Part shown: in pieces, positions 47,421 to 62,856 of the stretch
Position numbering within the stretch: the stretch's first letter is position 1
How the letters are laid out: the number at the start of each line of letters is the position of its first letter
DNA from: Octopus sinensis
Lineage: Eukaryota
Reading direction: 5' to 3'
Length of the DNA stretch: 64,000 nt
NCBI RefSeq assembly: GCF_006345805.1
Contig: NW_021832831.1
Location: 1-64,000, forward strand
Translations under genes and position numbers: made by a program
Notes under the pieces: model-generated
What the model was told of the DNA's origin: nothing
Seen by the model: the letters and a program-made list of their open reading frames with translations, nothing else
Database searches by the model: none

Positions 47421-47900
47421 AGATGTCTCCCCTATGTACATCATGTTCATGTCTTTACAAGCACCTTCTATGCATCTTCTGCTGTAAACTACATTTCGAG
47501 GTCTACGGTTAATGCCAGGGTTTGAAAAGTCAGGGAACTCCGTCAGATCACAACTATGTAGGATGTACCCCTTTGAGAATACCATATGCACCAATGATAA
47601 CTGCATGGTAAGTAGGATTAACCCTGGCATTAACTGTAGACGTCGAAATGTAGTTTACAGCATAAGATGCACAGAAGGTGCTTGTAAAGACATGAACATG
47701 ATGTACATAGGGGAGACATCTAGGAGCATTGTGGAACGACTAAATGAACATCTGAGACAATATGATGACAAAAAACAGTCCTCCATACTCTACCAACATG
47801 CCATGGAGGCAACTTGGGTCAACTTGACATCCACATCTTATCCAAGCACCCAAAAGACCCAACACTCAGACAAATACGGGAGTACATCCTTATAAAGGAA
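47421..47900 (+). mobile_element. GIY-YIG fragment with a 102-bp inverted duplication (Penelope-like)
   Basis: NVVYSIRC..C..MYIGETSRSIVERLNEH in ORF 47512. 47421-47522 is the reverse complement of 47620-47721 (98/102). Confidence 0.85.
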
Positions 47901-48059
47901 ACCTCCCCAATACTAAATAGGAAATATACATAGTAGATATCATACCTCCATACCACAGTTTACACAGGAGATAATCAAGCATGTTGGGAATGACTAATTT
48001 AACATGATTTGGTTTAGAAGGAATATAATGTTACAAGTGGTTAGGTTTTGCTTTATATT

Positions 48060-49700
48060 TTTTTCAATGAGGTGAGTTTCCTTATTTAAAAATGTTAGAA
48101 ATGGTTAAGTTTTGGCTTATATTTTTCAATGAAGGTTTCCTTATTTAATCTAACTTGTGTTGGTGTTCCAATGGTACATTGATAGAATGGAAAGATTATA
48201 AATTGTGGTAGTAGTTGCTTTGCACATTACTCAATATGTTCACTAAAGGGTATCATTCTGTATTCTGGGAATGCAATCTGCTGTCGATGCAGAGTGCATC
48301 TGCATCTGAGCGATAATCCCGTGGACCCTATGTAGTTTTGGTGGCAGCCCAAGAATCTTATGGCATAAATCAGGTTTTCTGAAGCACAAGTAAAATTTGA
48401 TTTGATTTTGAATTTTTGTCCCTCCTTGAAGAGGAATTCTGATCCTTCTAGAAGGTTTGGGCATGTTGTGCAATTTGGTCTACCACATTTCTTCACTTTT
48501 GCATCCGTTATTTTAGAAAATAATTTTGCCTTTGTGAGGATCTTTTTTAGTGATTTCGGTTGTTTGTAGCTTTTAATGAATTTATGTATATGTAAAATTT
48601 TCTTTAATTTGGGGTCCTTATGTAGCATTGGTAAATTTTGGGTTATGATGGTGAAGGCTTCTTTGTTTCTGGGGTTGTATGTGGATATGTACGGCAGTTT
48701 TTTCGGTGAAGGTGTGTTGCTGTGTTGAACTTTTCTTAAGGTTTCTCTGTCGATTTGTGTTGCACGTCTGATTCCATCCTCTATGAGTTGAACTGGGTAG
48801 TGTCTGTCAATTAGGGTGTTTTTGAGTTCTTGCTATTTAAAGTTTCTGGTATTTTGTTCTGACACTATTGTGCATATCCTTCTTGCAAGGTTGAATGGGA
48901 TGTTTGTTTTGGTGTGTCTTGGGTGGCATGAATCAAAAAGTAGATATTGTTTGGCATCTGTGGTTTTGTAAAATATGTCCATTTCTGTTTTTAGGTTTAT
49001 TTTTTTAATTAGTATATCTAAGAATGGAAGCTCCTTTTGGTTGTACTTCATTGTGAACTGTATGTTTGGGTTGATGCTGTTCAATAGGCTTTTGAAATTT
49101 AGGAGTTTATCTTTGTTTTCATTCCAGATTATGAAACAGTCGTCTAGGAAACTTTTTCAATTTTCTTTTATGTATTCGGAAAGGGGGTTTCCAAAGGTAG
49201 ATAAAGATTCCTGGCATCTTATTACCTCCAGGTAGCTCATTGTTAGGTTTGCAATGACTGGTGCTGCCCTAGTACCCATAACAAATCTGGATTTTGAATG
49301 GTAAAATGCATTGACAATCATGACGTGGTTATTTTGTAGGATGAATTCAACCGATTTAGTTATGAATTTTTTACTGATCCTTTTTGGTATTTCTTCCGGA
49401 AATTGGTCCAGCCAGAACTGAATAGCCTCTATCCCATAATTATGAGGTATACTGGTATATAAATTAACTACATCAAATGAAACCATAATTGTTTCTTCTT
49501 CTTGACTTTTTTTGGAAGGTGATTTAACATATCCAAGTCACTTCTGGTATGGCTATTGATGTGTTTAAGGAGAATGACCATAAATAGACTTAGTCTGTGT
49601 GTTTCACAGGCTGGGCCAGCTACAATTTGTCGTAGTTTTAGGTCCCCTGGGTTTGGTGTATGTATGTACGTCTTTGGTGATTTTTAATGGTTTCATTTAG
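48060..49700 (-). mobile_element. Penelope-like element (RT and GIY-YIG), decayed
   Basis: VSFDVVNLYTSIP, MGTRAAP.IANL, LPFLDILI, FYKTTD..QYL.F.SCHP and FTCASENLIYAI.F..C..NYIGST. Confidence 0.93.
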
Positions 49701-50424
49701 AAATTTGAAAAGAAAATATGAAACCGGTTATTTCTCCAAAAATTATGTTACTATACGCAAAATTTTATACATTTTTCTAACATAATGATTTAAATATATT
49801 CTTTAACCATATCACACCAGCCTTCTGTAGTTTTTTCACTCTTTTTTGTCTTTTATACATCCACCATGTGCTTTCACATACCATCTCTCTCACCTATATA
49901 TAATACACGTGAGACTGGTTTATTCAGTTAGAAAACAAAAACCTAATGATGATGTAATTAGCAACTAGCACATTTTGTTTCTTAATTTCTGTTTGTTTTA
50001 ATATTAAATTCTTTATTTCACTGTTATTTTCAGCCACAACTCAATTATTTTTGTTTATGAATTCTCTGTATGTACTTTTGCTTTCTTGGTGATCAAAGCA
50101 AATCAAAGCAATCGATAACTTCATGCTGCAGCCGTTTTTCTTCCTATGTGATTTAAAGCATTTTTTGATATGTGGCTTTTCAAAATTAGAAATGAGTTCC
50201 AAACTGCTATTCAAGTTCACTGAAACTTATCTCCTGCCACTCAAAACAACAACTCAAATGGGATAAAGAGTACACGCATTACAACAACAACAGCAAGTGT
50301 ATATTTGTGTGTGTGTGCACGTGTCTGTGTGTGTGTGAGTGTAGACTTACAATATATCCTATTGTTAAGAAAATTTTACACAATCATTCAATAAAACTAA
50401 AATGGATAAAGAGTACACACTTTA

Positions 50425-50720
50425 TCTGCCTAAACAGTGCAACGGGACCTGCTTCATAGGCAAGTCCCTGACGCCCCACTTTATTGAGGCCACCATTGTT
50501 ACGGGGAACGGGAGTGGGGAAATGTTTTCATTTCAAGATTGCACCATTATCCTACGGGGTCAGACATACCGTTTAACATCTGCAGATTGCTATGTTTATC
50601 AACAAATCCCAAAGCTGAACACTATCAGTGGCGTCATCCATTTAGGGGAGCCATGCTTTTCACATGGGCACTTTATGTGGCCTGCTCCCGTGTGGGGAGT
50701 AGAAACACTGCAGCTGATAT
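50425..50720 (+). pseudogene. Degraded PIF1-like helicase fragment (Helitron)
   Basis: PKQCNGT..KSLTPHFIEATIVTG, GEPCFSHG and LYVACSRVG, spread over several frames. Confidence 0.8.
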
Positions 50721-50959
50721 GGTTATGAACAGGTGATACGGAAGCATTGGCCAGACATATTCTCAAACCATGGCAGCATGACTCATGGACTCTTCCTCTT
50801 CTTTATTGGACAATGCTGACTTCTGCAACAACAATGCTCACTCGGCTGATATCAGTACTTGGTCAAGTTGCTCATAGAGTTAGGCTAGAAGGGCCAGGCC
50901 CCTTATTTTTTTGTTAAGGCTGTTGGTGAGTTTTCCTAAGTTACTCCACTCCGGATCCC

Positions 50960-51135
50960 CAATGCAAACCTTCGAATCAACCTTCTCCAATGCAGATCTC
51001 TAATGCAACCTTATCCAATCCAAATCTGTGAGTCAACCTTTTCACTGCAGATCTCCAATGCAAACCTTCGATGCAACCTTCTCCAATGCAGATCTTCAAT
51101 GCAGCCTTCTCTAATGTATATTTCAATACAGCCTT
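50960..51135. repeat. Degenerate minisatellite (ccaatgcaaccttct-like unit of about 13-15 bp)
   Basis: Repeated atgcaaacctt, atgcaaccttct and atgcagatct units. Confidence 0.75.
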
Positions 51136-51972
51136 GACTGATAGTACCCCTAGGAGGAGTTAGGACTAGATTGGAATTAGTCGCTGCCTTTTAGAGGCTC
51201 CCAGTCCCCCTTTTACTAGATTAGCTTAGGCTTAGGTTAAGGCTTACTTGTGATCCAAACATAACCTCTTCTGACACAGAGGATTGGGAGCCCTTTTGGG
51301 CATTCTATTTTCCTTGCCGGATGGGCTCCCATCCCATGGCCTAGAGGGTGGCAGGTTAGATGATGGGGTTAGGGTTCGAAAGGGCAGGCATGAGCAACCT
51401 GATCACCTCTGCCAGTCAAACTTCGAACCCGTGTGTTCCCATTATGACAATGATTCTGCAAAACTGGGTTGGGTATGAAAACCAACTTTAAAGTATAAAT
51501 ATAGATTTTTTGAGTCAGCAATGTTGTGTTCAGTTAAGTCCTATTTGGGATGAAAAACCAATAAACTGATTCCTTATGGGGTTTTCCATTCAATCAGGAT
51601 GAAAAATCAATAAACCAATTCCTTATAAAATTTCCCACCAAAATTGGCTACACCCTATGTTCAACCATAACTTTTACCAGTTTTGTTCAGACTTGATGCT
51701 GACATTACTTAGGACTAATGGGATCTTTGAATGCTTTAACCCCCCCCCCCCCCGAAAAAAAAAGTAATCATGAGTGAAAAAATTGATAAAACGATTCTTT
51801 ATGGATTTCCCAATCAAATTGTCTGCAATCTATTTTCAGCCAAACGTTTACCAATTTCAACAGATTTCACTCAGATTTGATGTCCGTGTTACTTAGTTTG
51901 GTTTGAAACAAAGCACTTGATTAGCTTAATAATCCTAACTTAATTCTAGACAGTGCCAGGCTATACTGGTAG

Positions 51973-52026
<54 letters not shown>

Positions 52027-52082
52027 GTATATATATATATATATATACATATATATGTACTTCAATACATATATATTTGTAT

Positions 52083-52160
<78 letters not shown>

Positions 52161-52185
52161 TATATATATATAGATATATATATGA
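51973..52185. repeat. (TA)n/(CA)n microsatellite
   Basis: Direct inspection. Confidence 0.95.
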
Positions 52186-52319
52186 GTAGTGGGTAGCGAT
52201 TTTCTTCACTACTTCAGGGAGTGATGACCCTGCCTGACATGAGTCCCAGGCTCAGATGGCTCCCGCTGACAGTACCTGGTATGGGCCTCTATCCTGAGTT
52301 ACGGAAAGGAGACAACCTT

Positions 52320-55300
52320 CAAAGAAATCCGGAGTGAAGCCCCGAAGGCAGTTTAGTGTTCGACTCGACACTCTTCCAGCAACTCCTGCAACCAGGGTGG
52401 TGCCAAACATAATGCTCTGCACTCCTTTGGGCTATATTAGCAAGGTTGAGAGAGGAATCCTGATGATTGGGCTACCCAGGATTTTCTTATTTCTAGCCCA
52501 GGCCTGCGCAAAACTGGAGAGGACACTTCAGTGCTGCTGTAAAAAGTGGCAGAAAAGACATGGGAGGTAGCAGTCACTAGTGATAAGTCTATTCAGATTG
52601 GTGTAAGATATGGGCGCTACGGGTTACCTCTGATGGTGGAAGGGACCCCCGTGTCCCATTGGTTAACTACTGCCCACCTCAAGCTGGGCAGCCCCCCGGT
52701 TAATAAGGTGCTGACCCATCACAGGCCGCCTGCTTCATTGGGTGCTTGGAGCTAAGAGTTTGACTTGAAAAATGGCCTGCAACCTCTGCATCAGGCAAAC
52801 AACTGAAAGACAAGAAACTACCAGTCCTGCAGTTAGCAAGCTGGAATGTCAGGACCATGTGCCCTGGCATATCTAATGACCTACTCAGGGTTGAAAACAC
52901 ACGAAAGACGGCCATCATTGACCGTGAACTAAAGAGACTTAACATATACATTGCTGAACTGCAGGAGACAAGACTCCCCTGAAATGGCAAACACAAAGAA
53001 CAGGATTTCACTTTTTTTGGCAGGGAAGCGATCCAGAAGAACCTCGTCAGCATGGTGTTGGCTTTGCAGTGAGAAACTCATTACTCTCCTCAACAGAACC
53101 ACCATCAGGAGGCACTGAGCGTATCCTCTCACTGCGCTTCCCAACCTCTTTTGGCTCAGTACATCTACTGAGCATCTATGCTCCCACTCTCTACAGCTCA
53201 GAGGAGACCAAGAACCAGTTCTACAAAGATCTCAACTGTGTCATTAGAAATATACCAACCAATAAAAACAGCTACCTTCTAGGAGATTTTAGTGCTTACG
53301 TGGGATCTGACCATGATTCATGGCCCATTTGTGTTGGACACTTTGGTATTGGCAACATGAATGACAATGGTAGAGACTACTTGAATTTTGCACATACCAT
53401 AACCTGTGCATCACCAACACATTCTTTGCCAACAAGCCATCCCACAAGGCATCTTGGAGACATCCAAGATCTCACAACTGGCATCAGTTGGATCTCATCA
53501 TTACATGAAGATCCTTTCTGAATTCTGTTCAACTGACCCGTAGTTACCACAGTGCAGATTATGACACAAATCATTCACTAATAAGAAGCAGGGTGAGGAT
53601 TCTGCCTAAAAATGTCCATCGCTCCAAGAAAATGGGCCAACCATGCATTAACACTGCCAGAACCTCAGACTCTACACTGCAAAAATGTTTTGCTGTTTCT
53701 ATCAAGGTTGCCCTCAGTAGCTGCCCAACCTCCTCTGCTGAAAGTAGGTGGAATTATATCAGGGAAGCTGTGTATACCACGTCAATAGATACTTTCAGCA
53801 TGAGAGAAAGGCAAAACCCAGATTGGTTCAGTGCTGGGCTCTCAGAGCTGGAACCAGTTATTGAAGCAAATCGCACAGCTCTGATGCAATACAAGAGTGA
53901 TTCTTCTACAAAGACACTCAAAGAACTCAAAAAGGCAAGAAGTAAAACCCAACTGACTGCCAGACGCTGTGCAAATAGGTATTGGCAGGAAATGTGTCAG
54001 AGTATCCAGTCAGCTGCTGACAGTAGTGACACCCGTGGGATGTATGCTGGTTTGAAGAAGTCCCTCGGTCCATCTGCAACCAAGTCAGACCCTCTGAAAT
54101 CAATTACTGGAGATCTCATCAAGGACCAAATCAAGCAAATGGATAGATGGGTGGAGTACTACCAGGATCTCTACTCACGGGAGACCACAGTAGCTGAGGC
54201 TGCAATTGAGGGTGTCAAGATCTTGCCAGTCATGTGTGAACTTGACAATCTGTCATCTATTGCAGAGCTCAACAAGGTTATTGACTTCCTAGCCAGTAAC
54301 AAGGCTCTGGGAAAAGATGGCATCCACTCATAGATATTCAAAGCTGGCAAAAACACTGTCCTGCTTCAGCACCTTCATGAGCTTCTGTGTCAGTGCTGGG
54401 AAGATGATACAGTCGCTCAGGATATGCGGGATGCTAACATCATTATGCTTTAGAAAAACAAAGGTGACCGTGGTGATTGTAACAATTACCATGGAATATC
54501 ACTTCTAAGCACTGTTGGAAAGACCTTTGCTCACGTTATCCTGTCCAGGCTACAACTGCTTACTTCTCAAATTTATCCAGAATCACAGTGTGGCTTTAGA
54601 AGAAGCAGATCAACTATTGACATGATATTCTCCATATGCCAACTTCAGGAGAAGTCCAGAGATCAGAGAATGCCATTATATATGGCCGTCATTGACCTGA
54701 CAAAGGCCGTTGGCTTGGTAAGTAGAAAAGGCCTCTTCATCGTGCTCCAAAAAATCAGATGTCCACCAAAACTGAAGATCATTAAATCTTTCCATGATGA
54801 TATGCAAGGCACCATACAGCACAATGGTTCATCATTAGCCTCCTTCCAAATAAAAAACGGGGTAAAGCAAGGTTGTGTCCTTGCTCCTACATTATTTGTC
54901 ATTGTCTTCTCGCTGCTGCTGTCACATGCCTTTGAGACATCATGATGGAGTGTTTCTGCACAGTAGAAGTGACAGGAAACTGTTCAATCTCTCGCATCTG
55001 CATACCAAGACCAAAATCAGAAGTGTCCTGATCAAGGAGATACTATTTGCTGATGCTGCTGCTCTGGTATCACACACAGAAAAAGCCTTGCAAAGGCTCA
55101 TCAACTGTTTTGAGCAAGCATGTAGTGACTTTGGCTTAGTTATCAGTCTCAAGAAGACCGACATCATGGGTCAGGCTACATCAGACATCCCAAACATATA
55201 TTGGAGACCACAGACTACAGGAGGTGGAGAAGTTTACCTATCTTGGCTCTACCATTACCTATAACCTATCCCTTGATGCTGAGCTCAATATACGCATTGG

Positions 55301-55570
55301 CAAGGCAACTGCTTGATGGCCCAACTCTCCAAATGGGCATGGGACAACAATAAGCTGACCAAGACCACAAAAATAAAGATTTACCAGGCATGTGTACTTA
55401 GCACTCTACTATATGGAAATGAGACTTGGACACCATACACATGCCAAGAGCATCGCCTAAATATCTTTCACCTGCGCTGCCTCCGGAAAATCCTCGGCAT
55501 CAAATGGCAGAATCATGTCCCCAACAAAGATGTCCTGAAGCAAGCAGGAATACCAAGCATGTTTACACAC
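52320..55570 (+). mobile_element. RTE-1/BovB-like LINE with 5' UTR, APE and RT; 3'-truncated and decayed
   Basis: LQLASWNVRTM, IAELQETRLP, SIYAPT and LLGDF (APE). DLTKA.GLVSR, GVKQGCVLAP.LF and ILFADAAAL (RT). QACVLSTLLYGNETW. Confidence 0.92.
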
Positions 55571-55882
55571 CTCACATATATACTACATGCACAATTTTAT
55601 AAACTTAATTCACAGTATACTCCCTCTTTCTCCCTCACTTTTTACCATACCCTCTTTTTCTCTCTCCTTTTCCTTTCACTCTTCACCTTTCCTTTCAACT
55701 AATCACATGAAAGCATTACAGCCGGGCTAAGTAATAGAGTAAAAAAAAATTTCATTAAAAAAAAAATTTACACATTTAGCCCAGTCATACTATCCAACTG
55801 ATGCCAGCATGGACAACAGACGTTAAATGATGATGATGATGATGATACACACACACACACACACACATATATATATGAAAAT

Positions 55883-55916
<34 letters not shown>

Positions 55917-56169
55917 GAAAATACACACACACAAGTAAGCACATTAATGGAAAATACAAAATGGAAAACATAGTGCTCAGATACCTAAGACAGAATTATA
56001 TACTTTTATTAAAGCTGAAAAATCTTCACAAAACTGTTTCACGGTTTCACATTTCTGTTTGTTGGACAGTTGTGATGATTACTGAATTAAAATCATGATG
56101 GCACATGTAACTTAATATGATATAATAAAATTCAGTTTAGTCAATTAATAACTGTGATGGTCTTTTTGT

Positions 56170-56645
56170 GTGCCTTAGGCTCAATTGCTGGAGACTGATG
56201 GTTATGTGAAGCTGCTGTAGACTAATTAAACCCTGACTGGATAAGGTTGATGCAGGAAGGCCATATGTATGACAGCAGGATTATGTTCCTTGTATCTGCA
56301 GAAGGAGTCAGAAGTGGTTTTTGGAAAATTCCTGTGACTTCACAAGCTCCAGTTTCAGGTCTCCCAATTTCCCCAATTGTAATCTCAGGGATTACTATGC
56401 ATGGTACGTGATTGAGAAAGAGACCAACTGCTCTGCCTGCAACACCAAAGCTAAGCTGGTAGCCAAGATCAAAGAAGTTATCCAGAGCTATTTTGGGGCA
56501 GTGATGGAAGCTAGAGGTGACTACTTTGAGTAAATTATTATCTCCCAGTCATAATGTAGTCGATATTCTTCTTAATATTTTTAAATACTTAATTTTTGGA
56601 TGGGATTTTGAGTTTTCTTTTTGTTTCATGCAAACTGTCAAATTT
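56170..56645 (+). mobile_element. Tc1/mariner transposase 3' relic
   Basis: ORF 56321: SPNFPNCNLRDYYAW..IEKETN..CNTKAKLVAKIK, a WPPNSPDCNP.DY-like motif. Confidence 0.75.
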
Positions 56646-57589
56646 AGCCCAGACACTGTGTGTGTGTGTGCATGCGTGCGTGTGTGTGTGATGATTATGA
56701 TGATCATTTAACATCGATTTTCCATGCTGGCATTGGTTGGATGGTTGGGTATGATCCAGCATATTGCAGCGCTGTGCCAAGTTCCAGTGTTAATTTTGGT
56801 ATGATTTCTACAGTTGGATATTACAATGTGTATCGTGCACTTCTTTCATGCCACCAGCACTGGTGTGGTCACCAAGTGACTTGCAAGACAAGAGAACAAC
56901 AAGGAAAAAAGCAAAAGAAAAAGCTCCTGCTACTAAGTGGTGGGGGAGAGTATTTGAGATGGAGTAGTTGCTTTACACCAGGTGTTGAAAGGCTAGAGTA
57001 TGATAGAGGGATAAGCACAGGTGTCTTACTATAGTGGAGGTATATGGCTACTCAACATTACATAGAGGTAGATGGGAGCAGTTGGGGACGTGGTAAAAGA
57101 AGATAGTGATGCAGTGTGAAGACAAATTCTTAAGGTACAAGAAGGTGAGCATAAGATATATGTAGACAGTAGGTCTTGGAAGGGGAGGGGAGAATGGATA
57201 AGTTCGTAAAAGTATAATGGGGAAGTAATGTATTATTAGAGATGGAGGCAGAGGTGAATGTAGTGAGTGATAGACAAAGGTGGAGATGGGGTTTGGGGGG
57301 AATATCAGTAAGGTGGGAGAAATAGAAGTAGCTCAGAAAGGATAAATCAGTGATGGAGGAATGGGTCATAGGGAATAAGATGTGAAGATTGCTTGATGGG
57401 GTAGAATGAGTTGCAAGTACAAACAGAATACTTTTGGGACATCATCTGTACTCTGGTGGGTTGGTCTTCTGAGGCATAGTGAATAGTCAATTTTCTCAGT
57501 CCTTTGTTGTTTCCTGAAAGTGGTTCAACATCTTGAGGTAAGCCTTCACTACTACATTCCATGTCTTCCTGGTCCTTCTTCTTCCTCAA

Positions 57590-59420
<1,831 letters not shown>

Positions 59421-59512
59421 CTGCTGAAACTTCGCTTCATTTCGGGATTTGCTCTGTTTCCTTGTCTCATAATAATTTCATCTGTTCTGAATTTTACACA
59501 TTTCTAACACCT

Positions 59513-59625
59513 GTGTGTGTGTGTGTGGTGTGTGTGTGTGTGTGTGTGTGTGTGTGGTGTTTGTGTGTATGTATCTGTCTGTCTGTCTGCATGTATTTCT
59601 ATCTGTGTGCATATATGTATGTATT

Positions 59626-59667
<42 letters not shown>

Positions 59668-59700
59668 CATGTGTGTATTTATGTATATGTATGTGTAATA
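59513..59700. repeat. (TG)n/(TA)n compound microsatellite
   Basis: Direct inspection. Confidence 0.95.
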
Positions 59701-60229
59701 TGTATATATTTGTATATCATCAACTTTTAACATCCATGGGTCTGACAGTTTGCCAGGATCTGGTATGCCAGAGGACTGTACCATGCTCTATTGTCTGCTT
59801 TAGCATGGTTTCTACTGGTTGATGCCCTTCATAACACTAACCACTTTATGCAATGTTCTGGGTGCTTTTTACATTGCACCAGCCCCACAGGAAACACTAA
59901 GTAACTTGACAAAGACCCCGGAGGAGAAATACTGAGGGAAGTGGCTTTGTGCCAGTCAATGAGAGCTTAAAAAGTTTAATCATGTAATAAATATAGGTGT
60001 CTTGCTGAAGAAGAGATATATCGATAACCCTATTGGAAAAGAAAGGAATTAAAGAGTGAGACAGTTAGACAGAAGGATAAAGAGAGAGACAGGGAGTATG
60101 ATTGAGAGAGAGAGAGAGAGTTAGGGAGAAAGATAGAGAAAGAGAGAGAGCGAGAGAAATGATGGTAGACATGTGTTGGGACATACCTGCAAGGTACAAT
60201 GGGGGGTAAATATAACTTAAGTGGTACAG

Positions 60230-60620
60230 TGAATCGGCAGTGGGTAATAGAAGGGCAAATTTCATACCAGTGTGAGGAGAGAAGGTTAGAGATGGGATAC
60301 AGGTGATCATATTAAGTGAACATGGGAGATATAGGAGTGGCTCAGGATGGGGTGGCATGAAGACTATGGTAGATATGTGAAGGCGTTAAGAGTGATGACA
60401 GAAAATAAAGTGTTAAGGATGGAGTGTAGCAAAGAGGAGAGAGAGCAATGGCTAAAGGCAATAAAAGGCGGTGATTGGTGAAAACATTGAGAAATGGAAG
60501 TGGTTCCAGGAGAAAGATGAAGAAGATAACCAAAAGGGAGGGGATGAATGTGCCTGAGAGTAGAACTTGCTCTCAGGTGATTACAGCAGCTGAGTAATAC
60601 AAAAGATAGAGAAGCCAAGG
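60230..60620 (-). mobile_element. Very degenerate Penelope-like fragment
   Basis: SPPFIAFSHCSLSSLLHS resembles the Penelope-like P..AFRR..NL..LLVHS linker. Confidence 0.4.
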
Positions 60621-60769
60621 CTAGGGAAATGATTGATGAAGGGGAGAGAATGGAGTTGGGGCAGAGCTCCACATATCCAAGCTTTACAAATGTGGTTTCA
60701 GGATATCAGTTCTACTGTGGTGATGGCCTTCTTGAGTACAAAAACCATCAATCATCTTGGTCCTTTGTC

Positions 60770-61600
60770 ATCTTTGTAAGACTGAGCATCTTGAGATCAG
60801 CCTTCAATACATCATTCCATGTCTTTCTCGGTCTTCCTCTTCCACAAGTTTCATCCACTTTAAGTGCTCAGTACTTCTTTATGCAACTGTCCTCGTCATA
60901 AGCATCCCATGACCAAATCAATGCAGTCTTCTCTCTTGCACACTATATGTAATTCCTCTTACACATAACTTTCCACTCAATAGATTACCACTTTCTTGTA
61001 TATGCACACTGGTATTGCACATGCAATGGAGCATACTAGCTTTATTCCTCTCCAGACTTGCATGTCTCACTATAGCATTGCCATTCATTTCTCTCAGAGA
61101 GAGAGAGAGTTTTTTGTTGCCAACAGAGATAAAAGCTCTCTGATTTCTTCCATCCTCTTCTTATTCCATCAACTACACTTTCAGAACATCTTCCTCCACT
61201 GCTAATCAGTCACTTAGATAGCAGAAATTATCTTCTACCTCTAGGGAGCCTTTGGGCATGTCAATAAATCAATTTCCCATGTATCTGTAGACCTCATGGC
61301 TCCTATGCATTTTCTATGTAGAAACACTTCTCTCTCCATTAACCTTCCTGTGATTCCACTGCATCTCTTGTTTATCCATTGCTTTCACTGGGTATACTGT
61401 ATGGAATTCCTGCCTAAACCTTTCCTTCATATTGAGTATAGCCATTTACCTGAAATGAGTAGAGTCTTATCTATATTCTTATTTTCTAGAACCTTGGTCT
61501 TTCCTAAATTAACTTTAAGGTTACTCAGTTCCAGGGTTTTCTTTCACACCAGGAATTCTTTTCCAACTTTGCTACAGATTCTGTTATGAGAGCAAGGACA
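60770..61600 (-). mobile_element. Degenerate RTE LINE fragment
   Basis: Aligns by eye with 37350-38220. Confidence 0.75.
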
Positions 61601-61919
61601 TCAGCATACTGTAATTCTGAAGTGAAGCTAGTCTTAGATTTCCCTTGTAAAATGGGGCCTCGCTTCTGTTCCAACATAGCTCTAAAGGTTTTTAACTCTT
61701 ATTTCTTACAATATAGGTGCTACCTGGCACCCTCAGTCACAATAGGTGACAATCAAATTTTTGCTTTACGGTTTTATATTGTGTATAGCTACCTTTTATA
61801 ATTTGTACATTAGTATTTTGCTGAATCAGCCATAAATTCATAACCTGCCAACAGATGGCAGTGCACAGTTTGTGTATAAAGTGAGAGCTAGCAATGGCCT
61901 TCACAAGGCAGAGTGCTGA

Positions 61920-62570
61920 GTGATATAGATGTGATTACTTCACAAGTTGTGAAATATGTTTTTTTGTAATCATGTGTATGCTGTAGTCTGCAATTTTGCC
62001 ATGGACAATAACAAAGAGCCAATGGGATATTTTGTGTTAAACTTGGTAAGCCTGTTTCAGAGACATTGAGCATGCTTCTGCAAGCTTATGGTGATGATGC
62101 AAAGGGTTGTATACAATGTTTCTTGTGGTATGGGCACTTCAAAAGTAGAAGAACTTCCCTGGAAGATGATGAGTGATCTGGAAGATCTTCCACAAGTGTC
62201 ACCTCCAAAAAAGTGCTATTGTGCATTGATAATTTGTTCCCCAAGACCAGATGGTCAGTTGAGAGTTCTACCATGATGTTTTGAAGCATTTGATGGAGGA
62301 CATTCAGTGGAAGTGACCATATCTGTGGAGCATGAAGAACTGGATTCTTTATGCCAACAATGCACACAGTCACTGAACTCTCCTCGCACATGAGTTTCTC
62401 ATAAAGCAATATGGTATCTCTTCTGCACCTGCCCTATTTGCCAGATTTAGCTCCAGATTCCCACCTCTTCCCCAAGATGAAAATGCAGCTCAAAGGTCGC
62501 TGTTTTAACACTGTTGTTGAGATTCAAAGTGAATCACAGAAAGTCCTCAACTCACAGAAAACTACTTACA
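61920..62570 (+). mobile_element. Internally deleted mariner relic, same family as 28551-29660
   Basis: HLPYLPDLAPDSHLFPKMKMQLKGRCF. The 5' part matches 28555-28790. Confidence 0.85.
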
Positions 62571-62856
62571 CACATACACACACACACACATTCTCTTGTT
62601 TTATATGTATACATATTTCTTATTTGATGTATTTAATATATTTGATGTGTCCAATTTGTTTATCCCCATAATTGATTCTATACCTGCTTAACCGGATCCC
62701 TCTTATAGCCTTTCTTTACATTGTGAAATGATCCCCTGTAAAGACATCAGAGTCTAAGTCTGAATCTTTTGAGCACTGTTAAGTGTTTTCTCTATGGAGA
62801 ATATCTGGATCTCATCTGTGAACTATATAAATACACACACACACACATATATATAT

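Larger units (their letters stand above)
50425..51972 (+). mobile_element. Composite Helitron region ending in a family C 3' end
   Basis: 51165-51200 resembles 24900-24935. 51560-51972 is the reverse complement of 29672-30130 and ends in GTAG before (TA)n. Confidence 0.6.

Noticed and set aside
51953-52209. YIYI, CVCV and RERE ORFs (also 13465, 23944, 58643, 59327-59822)
   Set aside because: These are translations of dinucleotide microsatellites.
61707-61750. Short AG...GT segment after a pyrimidine tract
   Set aside because: The phase-1 frame ends in TAG after 9 codons, the donor is weak, and nothing links it to the Ig gene.
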